From positions 562,671 to 626,670 of the forward strand of contig NW_019091357.1 in the NCBI RefSeq assembly GCF_001949145.1: a DNA stretch of 64,000 bases. Direction: 5' to 3'. Each line of letters starts with the position of its first letter. The stretch's first letter is position 1. Below, in pieces: positions 53,201 through 64,000 of this stretch. This DNA is from Acanthaster planci. Lineage: Eukaryota. A model generated the notes under the pieces. The model did not search any database and was not told the DNA's origin. It worked only from the letters and a program-made list of their open reading frames with translations. The position numbers and the translations under genes are program-made.

Positions 53201-56200
53201 AGAAGACGGGCAAGAAGTTGGAAACTTTTGGTTTTCTTAGAGAAAAAAGTAACAACCAGAAACAGAAAACCGTTGTCTGCAGACTTACGTTGAATGCCTT
53301 GAGTCGCTCGGGGTCGACTCCGGGCGTTGTCTCATTGAGTTTATCACTGTCGTCATCCCCGTCATCATCATCATCGTCATCCTTTGTCACAGAGAGATCC
53401 TCGGGTGTGTCCCGTGCTCCTTCCGGTGGCTGGTGTACTGACGTGCCAACCAGAGAGCTGTAGCCGTAACCGTTGGACGAGGTCTGGAGTTGGTTAAGGG
53501 GAAACAGGAAAGGACGTGGCAATTTGATTTAGAAGAGAGAAGGGAAAGACAGAGAGAAAATCTTGCCAGCAGGATCGTCTGTGAGTAAACGGTGGCGGTG
53601 ATAGCGATGATAAGTAATGGATACCAGGTGTTTCCTTTGAGAAAAAGGTTGAAAGTGAGTTTGGGGGAGGGGACAAGCTGAGATAGATACGATGAGGTCA
53701 AAGTGCAGTGGGTACACCATCTGTCACACAATGCATTAATTAATTCATAACAGACTGCACAGTCTCCTATCACGATATGTTTGTATAACGTACACAAAAT
53801 ACCTGAAATAGCAAAGACATAGGTGCTAACCAATGAGACATATCACATCTTGACTGATTGCTGTGTCCAGGTTATCTAATAATGGTACCGGGAGTTAGAA
53901 CCAGATTCATATATGTCTCACTCCAATGCACGGAAATTTGGCAGTTGGGGTTCGTAAATCCAACTGTTCAATCATGCCAACAACCTGTCTTCATGCAGGA
54001 TACAAGTCTTGATTCAATAAGTTAGACTTTCATTTGTGGCACAAGCTATGACCTACTTTTTTCCCTTGTACTGAGATTTCATTATATGTTTTGTGTTGCA
54101 TTCCAACCGACAAGTAGTTTTCTTTAAATACAAACACTGTTTCTTAATTAAACATTAAAATTCTTTGCTATATATTTGATAATGGAAACTACCAACTTTC
54201 TATTAAAATCTAAATACATGTAATGGAATTTCAATGGACGAAGATGCATTGTTTCTACCGATTGTACATAACATCAAGGGGACAGCCTCTGGTAAGATCA
54301 ATGCAAAATAAAAGTAACAAAAATAATGACACAAAGAAAATTGCGCAAAAAAAAGAAAAACTTTCCAAGCAGTGGGGTGTTTTCGGCGAAGTGCAAACAT
54401 CCACAAAGCGACAAGCACTGCACAGCCGCACAAAAAATAATCACTGGACACCGAGAAAATGTGGCCATCCGCGGACTCACTGTGTATCGCTGCATCTCAT
54501 AGCCACCACTGCTGGCGCTGCTGTAACCTTTGACCTCCGAACTATAACCCCGCTCATCTTCTTCATCCTCCTCACCATCCTCAGCCTGTGATTTGTCCTC
54601 CTGATTTAATTCAGGGGGTGCCCGCCCTAGGGCTGTGCGGGCATGTGTCTCTGTCATTACCTGAGTATTGGTTTCGTGTGACGTTTTTCGCTCGCCCTCC
54701 TCTGCTGTTGGTGACCCTGGTCTCGTGTGGTTGATGTTTTTGGCTGAACTTTCTTCTGCAAATGAGCACAAATACTCAGTTTACTCAGCTTCAAAAAAAA
54801 ATTGGCTGAGACATAAGAAGGAAAACATACAAGTTGCACCCACCCATAGAATTTAGCTCTGAATAAACTCAATGGAATCTCAAGAGCTTAAAGTCTGTAT
54901 AACACCCATTTAGTGCTATATTCTATTGCATTTAGCAACAGAATACAGCACTTATAGGACTCTTACAGTCAAACCACCTTTATGCATTAATTTATCTGTT
55001 TCCATGCTCCAGAATGAATGGAGAGGTTGGGACAATGATTGATTGTCCGCTGATATGCAACCAATTTGCAGGTAAAGACGCGACAGATGCACCAAATAAC
55101 TCATGAACACCCTATAATCAAGAAAGTCTGCAGGACAGATCTGGCCGAGGGATATTGTAACCTAGTAAGACAGCATCCAAATCTGTTGTCTAGAGCTAGG
55201 TCTAGGTCTTCGCTTCATTGGAAATTTGTGGAGATGCACAGACCATAGACCTAGCCGTAGCTCTGGAATCCCATTTTGGATACGACCTATGACACCCATG
55301 TCGAGCCTACTTCTTCATGCAGAGCTTCAGCCGTGTCTATTTTTCGTTTGTCATCCACACTGTTACATGCCTTCCACCAACCCAACAAGCTGAAAATATA
55401 TACACCGTGAATCAGAGTTTACATCAGCTGATGACACCAGAAAGCATACTCTGGTCTGTTATCAAGAAATGAGTTGGTTTAGAAATTGGACAGATCACTT
55501 GGCAGAAGTGACACCTATGGATATTTAAGTTGAGAAAGTGAGGATTGTTCACCAGCCAGATGGTACAGTGTCATAGGAACACAAACAGTGTACCTGTGAA
55601 TTCAGGGACGGACATGATGACAGTGGGAAATGCCTCGGACAATGTCATGGCTAGAATATGATGCCTTGGTGGATTGGATTTCAAACGTACCTAGACATCC
55701 TGAGAGTGTAATGTTGATACCGGAATAAATTTACCGGTGGGGGGGGTTAAGTCATAATGCAAGGGAAAAATGTCACAGAAAAATCTCGATTCAAAGTACA
55801 TCAATACAATGCATCTAAATAAGGAAAAGTTGACAGAAATCTGGGAGTGTTAGAAGACAAGGGTAACATATCAATGGAAAAACCCATGCAATGGGCTCTT
55901 CAGATTTGACATTCAAACTTTCAACAGTTAAAGTAAAAAAATGCTGACAGATTCCTGAAATTCTGTTGCAATCTTTATCTTCTTTCTCTTTCTGGTGTAT
56001 ATAATTAATGATTCACCAAATACTTCGGTCTGCATAAACTCTACATATGAAATTTTATGTCTAAATTAATTATTCGTCTGCTCAGCTGTTCAAATTGAAA
56101 TTCTTTTAATTCTTTGTACAGGTTTTAATTTGCTGTAACTATTTTTAAATACCTTTTGAGGGGAGAACGGATATACAATGTAAAACTGAGATCACACAAA

Positions 56201-58015
56201 GAACAGATTGGTAGAGGAATAGGGCAAATGTTGTCCAACACAGATCTGGAAAGCCTGGATAAGCTAGGGTTCATGATGGGTTAAAACAACTTCCTGCATT
56301 CCAAGTACCACACAGTGGGCAAGAGAGATGAGAAATGTCACTAATGTTTGCATTGCTGGATCACAAATGCATTGGTTGGGCAGAATTTTTCACAATGAAC
56401 AATGTATTTAAACATTTAGAGTGTTCTCCAAGTACAGAAAAATATGTGCTTGACAAGCAGACTACACTGGACTGTTTTTGCTGTATAAATGATTCCAGAT
56501 TTTGAAAAAAAAAACATCGATGTTTGATTGAGAAGATTTATTTCAATGTTTGGTGCACAAACACAAGGGCACTGTCCGACTGAACACAGTATATCTAAAA
56601 TGTCACAGACTTTGTTGCTCTTGCCTGGTACTCAACTCCTTAGGACTGTACGATTGCATTTTACCTTTCTTGAGGTCTAGAGGCTGTGGTGTTATTCTGT
56701 CACTCTCTGGTCTAGTTATGGTGTCTTCATTAGTCGGGGCGTGGTGCGCCGTTTCAGAAACGTAGCTTGGCTCACTGGCTTCTGTGTCAGCACTAGATAA
56801 GGAGGCATCGTCCTGCTGGAAAACAAAATGGAAATGTTAATCATAAACAACGTATAACAAGGGAATGATTCCGCTGTGAAATGTGTCTTCTTTCTGGCAT
56901 AACTTTACTAAACTGTGTACAATCCCTGCCATAATTATGAGAACTTTGGTATACTTTCAGTTGTAATTCACATGCAAAGTTTTACAAATGAGCATCTTTG
57001 TTCAACTTCTGGTTAATATCTAGAATTTACCTGTAATCATTATGATAGATTATGAATTTGGAAACACCGTCAAATACAACATGCTTCCAGAACTACCCAA
57101 ATGTATACACCCATGAAATTCAAACAACAGATGTGAAAGTTAGAATGATTTGACTAATAACCTAAATGTATTTCATTTCTGGTATATGCCATACTGCCAA
57201 GAAGAACAAAAAACAAGACACACTACCTTTGCAACACAATATGTATAATTCTGCACAAATGAGAGAAAGATTTCACTCTTTTATTTGGATCTAATTTTGT
57301 CTGTTGTGATTACTGTAGCAGATTGCAACTGAAAGAAGGGGAAACCCCGTTAGTCACTCATGCATTGAGCACTGCCGGTTTTGAAATGCAGATTGTAATG
57401 GGTGCTGGAAGGGGAAAATCAGAGGCCAGTTGATGAGAAATGGAGGGATACAAAGAACAGTAGGGGTTTTTTCTTCAACTGTGATCATATAATTTATAAA
57501 TTCTGAGGGAAATTCCTAGTTGAAAACTACATGAAAAAGGTACATGCTTGAATTCTAAAGAATATCTTTGAGTTCTACTGAACAATTAATGCTATACTGC
57601 TACATCATTTTGTACATGTACGTTTGGCTTGTGCATATAGCTACAGTAGGGGCCTTGGCATACTAGGCAGAATTCAATTGTTGAAAAGTCAACCCTTCCC
57701 ATATTCTTACCTCTCATTATTCTCAAAATAAAATAGGAGATAGCCTACATGGAGTCCCGATTCAATTTTGCACAAATAAACAACAATGTGATTCATTTGG
57801 AGTATCTTATTTGTACTATGATACTATCACACCGTGGTGTATCCGATTGAGTGTGTGCCGATTGGCCGTGAAATGAAAGAAAAATGATCAAGTTCTGTAG
57901 CCAGACGGCTTACATTTTTCTCTCTTTCTCGACGCTGTGATTCATCCACGCTGGCGGGGGATGTGGCAGGCGTCTGCCTCGTTTCCAAGGTGGTATCCAC
58001 TCCTGACATCAGCAT
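47219..58015 (-). CDS. NOL4: Nucleolar protein 4 / NOL4-like (short form ~475 aa; a longer isoform probably starts beyond the right edge)
   Basis: Phase-consistent exons 57914-58015, 56665-56815, 54481-54755, 53289-53483, 51073-51276, 50135-50260, 47535-47748 and 47219-47379. Signatures: [91 protein letters not shown] and NGPTDLS...LSPTEI...[23 protein letters not shown]. The 57914-58015 first exon is less certain. Confidence 0.9.
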
Positions 58016-58289
58016 ATTTTTTAAACCTACAAGCCTACCAGGAATGGATTATTGCTCTTTGTAAACGCCTAGACGAACCTGGCCCAGGTTATTCCACAAA
58101 TTTAAAGTTTCAACTTGTGCAGGTCCAAGTGAAGACGCCACCCACCGACACGACCGATCTGCTACTGATCTTTGGGTTCAAACTCTGATTTAGTGTCTTA
58201 CTTTCCTTACACAACTAAGGATGGAATGAACATGGTGACTTTCTTATAACTTATTTGAGCCAGGAAAATCCTCATATACTCATATGTTT

Positions 58290-58500
58290 GCCGTGCGTTC
58301 GCGTTATGGCCGAAGAGAAGCGGTATAGCTCCAGTTTCTTATTGGTTGATTTTCAAGTTATAGCCGCGCTAATATATCCAAATCAAACGCCTTAATTAAA
58401 ACTTTAGGCCAATCAACATATTCGAGCGATTCCTTTCTCGTCTGATTGCCAGAGAGGGCGCGCTTGATGATTACGTGCGCCTGATTAATGGTGCATGACC
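58290..58500 (-). promoter_or_regulatory. Candidate internal promoter for short NOL4 isoform
   Basis: CpG-rich patch with CCAAT boxes in both orientations (ATTGG 58341, CCAAT 58409), about 300-450 bp upstream of the ATG-bearing exon ending at 58015. Confidence 0.45.
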
Positions 58501-61500
58501 TTACCATGCCAACAGTACAACCGCTTCATGTTATTCACTGTCATTGGAAAAACGACCCCAGTGCGCTTGAAATGAAGCTTGTAACAATTCCTCAAAAGGT
58601 GCTCATAAATGTTCAGAAGTTTCAAATACGTTTAAGACATATCCCCTTACAAGTAGCCTGTTGAATTATTGGAGAATGCGTAAAACAAAAAGCCACCGCA
58701 ACACGCGTCATCGAGCCCCCGTTCATTTCCCGAGAATCAAACGAAGACAAAGTCCGTACGTCCTATCGGCTTCAAGTTTAACAGAAATCGCTCTCGGTCG
58801 ATGGAAGGTAGGAGATCCTTTAAACCACACATTTCATTCTTCCATCGCAGATTTGTGGATTCGGCTTTCGATTTTGCATCATGCCCTGCGGGTTTAACGT
58901 GCCAACCCTAGAGAGCTAATGTCGTTTTATAATGCATGCAAATCGTGTAAAAATACAAACGTACAATGTATGATATGAGCATCGTGGAGGGTTTTGCCGG
59001 TCCTTCAACCTGCGCTGGGGTCCACAGTACGAGTTGTCCATGATGAATTTTCACAGGACAGGAATGCGCATGTGCGCACGCATGAGAAATAGAGTGGTCA
59101 GATAATGTATTTTAATCACAGATGGTAAACTGAGCACGCAGCACAGCGATTTAGCAAGTTGTGGTTCACGCCGCTCCCAAGCCGTGATATGACCAGCTGC
59201 AAACAGGATTTCCATTCCTTTGGAACAGTTAAACGGACAACCGATGTAGGCGCAGGTTTATTAAGGGTGGACCAAGGAGGTAATTAAAGAGGTAATACCT
59301 TCATGAATTAATGTGAAAACCGGAATTGAGCCCTCTTGTGGTTCAAGCTGAGGTATAAATCGGCTTGGACTACCACCACATTCAAGAGGCGAGCGGCAAG
59401 TGCAAGTCATCTTACGCGTAACACCTTACTCCTGAAGGTAGCGCTTTCAGACTTCTACTTGTACTAAAACTTATTTAAAAGAACATATTTCTGAGTAGAT
59501 CACAAAAATTCATAGGAATCACTTCCGGCCTACGGAGGAGCAAGGAAAATTGGGTATCACTAATTCAAGATTTAACTCAGGCCCCAAAGAGTAAAGAAAA
59601 TTTAAATTTTAAAGGACTGAAGACTGTTATTTTTGGAAATGTACGCCAAATGTCAGAAACTCAGGTACGATCAGTACTGATAATAATACATGCTTGCACG
59701 AGAGACCAGTTTCCAGGTATTTGTCGTCATATTTTGAGAATTTCCTGTCGACCCCTGACCTTCACAGGCGCGCGCTCCTGACGCCATTCTCACAGCTTTT
59801 GTGTAGGTGTTCGGCGTGTGCGTTTGCGGTGAAGGAAGCTGGAGAAACGGTTCTAAGGAAAAGGACGATTTGCAACAACGGCCGTTGGCCGTCGGCCGTC
59901 TACCCCTTCCAGGACTTTTATTCGGTCATTTGGAAAGGACAGATGAACATCATTTCCATAAACCTACAACGGGCGAGGACGAATTGTTAATCACTGTGAT
60001 ATTTGGAAACACATGAAAAGACGACTAGATACAAAACAATGAACAGACGCATCCGGGCTGACCTTTTGAGACTTGTTAATTTCCAAAGAAACGAGTTTGA
60101 CCGTATAGTGCAAGGTCTTATGTCCAGGATTAGTGTTTGGCTTTTACGCACTGCAGTTCATCAGTAAATTGGATTTAAATATAGCCACTGCAATATTTTT
60201 TCGAGAATGTCGATGACATAATCTAGTCAGAAAAACTTACCAAACAATTTACAAACCATGCTTACAATAAACCGCGTCATTTGGAGAGGAATTCGTTTTG
60301 TGAAAGAAAGTGAAAAATGATTTAATACAGACAACCCTTGTTCATATTACACAAAGCGTCGTCATTCATGGACATGCGCATGGCAAGTCATTGTTAAACC
60401 GTGATGTTCAGCATGCACTTCAGTTGTGTTTAATGCGCGCTCTAAAGTTTTCCGTACATCTAGAATCGAGAGAGCGAAGTTGAAAGTCCAGTCAACAGAG
60501 TTAAATGGAATATAGGCCTACTGAAGTAGGAATCTTGGTTCTAATTCTACCGCAAAATTGATTGATAAACGCTCATTTGAATTTGTTTATGTCACTATTC
60601 TTCGCCTGGAACCCAGATGGTCTATTGTACGGACTTCCCACAGTTACTGCATGGGATAAAGATTCCGAGAACCCCCCTCCCCCTTTCCGATAAAGCAAAA
60701 CTAAAATGGATCATTAAACAACCGGTCTTGCCGGGTGTTAATTTTCTTAATCCCGACTAGGCATACGGCTCCTTATGGGTCCATGTGGTGTGCCAAAAAG
60801 GTCCAGTCTGACAATGTTTACCCTGTGCCAATGCACATGCTCACAAATACGAAAAGTGTCGGAAAATCTTTCAGACTAATGAAACAATGGGTCCAGAATA
60901 GATAGCTGCATGCGTAATTATGGCCAGGGTAATCTCAGCATGGGTATAGGCCTTACAGGCAACACCGTATGGTCATGATCGACCGGGGCCTGGTGTTCGT
61001 TCACTGAGAACAGGGCCCGTGTGCATGATAATAGGACGGCCCAAGCACATGAAGCATGACTATAATCTTGATCCAGGGTTATCGTATGGTAGGGCTATTA
61101 ATTAAAAATTTTCATCTCCGAAGTGGAGAGAAGGGATGGTTGTTATCGTTTATTGCGGACTGGAAAATCGCTTTCAGTGTCGCTTTTTTTTTTTTTTTTT
61201 TTTTTTGATGCCCAACCTTTTCACCCTGTGTCTAGTCGGCATACCGGGACCGTAGATGGGAGAATCCAGCAGCCGAGTAGGCCTACGGTATCGGGGCATG
61301 GTTCCGGCAAGGACACGGTCACACGCACCCCACGCGACCCTATTTGAAGCGTCATTCTCTCGCAGAAAGAGGGCCCGGCACGGGGATTGGGGGGGGGTGG
61401 AATAACATCAACATTAGCGGAACGCGAGAGCCCCTTGATGGGGGTAGCAGGCCGAGCAGATCGGGGCCTGTGACCGGCTCCAAGCCTTGGGAACACATGC

Positions 61501-62262
61501 ATGACAAAAATGTGCCCCGGCCCCCGCTGTAGAATCTGCGGTCGCGTGCGGGGCACATCACCCGGGCCATATATGGCGGCGTGCGAAATGACATGGGGTG
61601 CAATTTTTTTGTCCTGTGCCCGTTGTATGCAGCGCGCGCACCGTGCGCTCTACGGTGGCTCTCCAGAGCTTCGATGGGTGAAGAGTTTTATTATTATTTT
61701 TTTTCACAGAGATACGGCCGTGATATCAAGACGACAGCCTTGCTGTGTGATAGATAGGTGGATGTCATTTTGGTATGCTAGGATCCCCAGACTGCATATT
61801 TGGTGGAATAGAAACGGAACATTTATCTTGCCAGAAAAATGAAGAACCATTACACACTAAATACTAGTGCTTGAAGAATCATTTAACAATAGCAACTACT
61901 TGAACACAATTAAAGAGAAAACAGACGCAAGTGCACATTTGCCTTTAAGAAGTCTAAATATCCGTTTTGGATAAATTCTATTGATTCAATGTGGAAATTA
62001 CGAAATTATTTCAACTCTAAAACAAATGTATCCTGCAAACTACAAGGCATGAAATATATTGCTACCCTTTACTTTATAAGCTACCGTCAATTCTCAAAGG
62101 TGAGTCGTTTAAGAAAAAGACTGATACGTAGCGTAGCGACTGACAACACGGAGGGTACCCACTTTAGTCTCACTCACAACTTCAGTTTACTCCTGGTTTG
62201 GATTTCTGTTCTGAGCACAAAAATCTGGCATAAAGAGGAGAAAGCTGCTGGCTTCTGTTCAA

Positions 62263-62600
62263 CGCTAAAAGAGCCGGGTTATTTTGGCCTACCTCACAGC
62301 CTGGGGGCTTTAAAATTTCGCCCCCAAGAACTCGGCTGTGGCTCTGGAACTCAGCACGCGTGTAAAAAACACTTCTTATCATTACAAATGTTCATTGATC
62401 AGTGCAGTGGAAAAATAGAAATTTTTGGCTGACCTGTCTCGGAAAAAAATTGGAGCTGTGCTATTTTGACCAAAGTGGTATCAAAATGACCGCAAAAAAT
62501 TACTCTAAAAACTCCAAAAGGCTCAACTTCTGAAAAAAGCACTGCAGCGACATGGGAAAAAAGGTTAAGGGGGTGTATACCGCCTCCGGCTCTTTTAGGG
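62263..62600. mobile_element. piggyBac-like MITE (338 bp)
   Basis: TIRs CGCTAAAAGAGCCGG and CCGGCTCTTTTAGGG match 14/15. The right end is AGGG|TTAA and the left flank is TCAA (one mismatch from TTAA). Confidence 0.7.
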
Positions 62601-63687
62601 TTAAGACGGATGTACAGTACACCTGCATAAAACACAGCGATGTTATTAATGAATGGTAGAGCGGAGACGCAAGTAGATACGACAAAGATGCGAAGTCAGC
62701 TCACATTCCTAGTGGTAGTATTCATCGTGTGGTGCAATCATTCTATATCCATTGCAATGCCAAGCAGCCTACAGTATACAAATTGATGGCAACAAAAACG
62801 TCAACTGCATGAAGTCACCGATCGACTTGGAAGTGTTTTCACGCCAGGTCAACTGACTTAACAAAGGTACACCCATACAGCTAATTATGTTAGCCATTTT
62901 GACCAAACTCACCTGACTGAGTTGCATGGCGGATCGAACAGTTCTGACCTGGGTGGCCATAAACGCCAAGAAATGTGACAAGTCAGCTATATCAGCCATG
63001 TTTGTACCTCCCACGTACCCCAAGGTGAACCCCATCTACTCCTGTCTAACTCCCACAGTCCAACAAGCGTTCATTCGGTACAAGGGGGCGTAGACAAAAG
63101 ACACATTTGCCTTTTTTTCCTCTAATGAAAGTTTGTTTCCAACGTTAGTTGTAAGCCCAGGGAAACCAACACCATTTTTCGTTCCAGGTCAGAAGACGCG
63201 GATAAAGACCCACATTCCCGCATCTCTAAAGCTGATACCATGGTTACGTAAGACTTTACGCCAGCCCTGAGATCAACTAGTGGTCACCTTGACGACCGGG
63301 GGGGGTGAGCAAGTGGCCGGATTTTCCGCTCAGGTGAGAGCTAAACGCACCAACTCAGTGGTCCTTCTGGAAACATGACAAACCATGACAAGACCTGTGC
63401 ACCATGTGGTATCTTAGCGTTCATTGAACTTTGCGGTTTTCTGCAAACAAGGAACTTCTATAGTATGTTTTTCGGAATTCATTTTTACCTGAAATCAATT
63501 TTCCAGACTGGCTAAATAGTACATTATTTATTGAGAGACTACAGGCCTAGCCAAAGAGCTTCAAACAAACCCCACTTAAGCAAAACTTATACATCTTTTC
63601 AACCCATAAAATCCTAACTGTACTAAAAAAAACACAATAAATTGCGTCCATGAAGAAAAGTAAGAATTGAAACTTTGCATGGTGGAT

Positions 63688-63890
63688 TATGGTAAGGATT
63701 TGCGGGTACACCATGAAATCTATCCCTTCAAGAAGAGGTAAGGTACTGACGAGATTCGGTGAGTGTCAACACTCTCCTGAGGACGGCTAGAGTAAGTGTC
63801 GAAACGTTGAGAAACTCACCGGTTCTTTTCAGAACCCCACCTCTTCTTGAAGAGATAGATCCCATGGTGTGCCTGCAAATCCTTACCATA
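63688..63890. mobile_element. 203-bp foldback with ~77-bp inverted arms, probably Penelope-like-element-derived
   Basis: Left arm tatggtaaggatttgcgggtacaccatgaaatctatcccttcaagaagaggtaaggtactgacgagattcggtgagt versus the reverse complement of the right arm, tatggtaaggatttgcaggcacaccatgggatctatctcttcaagaagaggtggggttctgaaaagaaccggtgagt. Confidence 0.85.
63757..63821 (+). ncRNA. Minimal type I hammerhead ribozyme motif (possibly degenerate)
   Basis: Helix I TCTC/GAGA, extended by CGGTGAGT/ACTCACCG. Core CTGAGGA at 63777-63783, weak helix II GGC/GTC, GAAA at 63801-63804, palindromic helix III ACGT, cleavage triplet GUU ending at 63808. Confidence 0.65.
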
Positions 63891-64000
63891 TCTATTAAAA
63901 CCTACACAAAACACAGTTGATGAAACAGTGCTTGCTCTGTACATGATTGTAATCATAAGCCTCTTATAAGTGCACTTCAAAATATGAACAAGACGCAGGA

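Noticed and set aside
61120..61850. GC-rich patch after a poly-T run with several overlapping short ORFs
   Set aside because: No recognisable protein, TIR pair or RNA motif could be established. Probably a repeat fragment.
63748..63755. Second CTGACGA core in the left arm of the foldback
   Set aside because: No helix I partner for it. It aligns with CTGAAAAG of the opposite arm and is best explained as mutational decay.

Overview
Gene-dense eukaryotic (metazoan, probably marine invertebrate; echinoderm is a guess) genomic DNA, AT-rich, with one 580-N assembly gap. Reconstructing splice sites and reading phases by hand gives eight protein-coding genes: LAPTM4 (-, runs off the left edge), OSER1 (-), FBXO25/FBXO32 (+), RPS12 (+, hosting two paralogous box C/D snoRNAs), PRIM2 (-), an intronless RING/coiled-coil/NHL (TRIM-NHL-like) gene (+), MECR (+) and NOL4/NOL4L (-). 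Main points: (1) the best-fitting last PRIM2 exon lies 10.5 kb away at 21719-21918, which would nest the whole RING-NHL gene antisense inside the last PRIM2 intron; (2) a 203-bp rod-like foldback at 63688-63890 carries a minimal type I hammerhead ribozyme core at its apex; (3) OSER1 and the atrogin-1-like F-box gene, both described as FOXO targets elsewhere, are head-to-head around a cluster of FOXO sites; (4) there are several MITE/foldback elements, one ending 10 nt before a MECR exon. All identifications come from recalled family motifs, not database searches.
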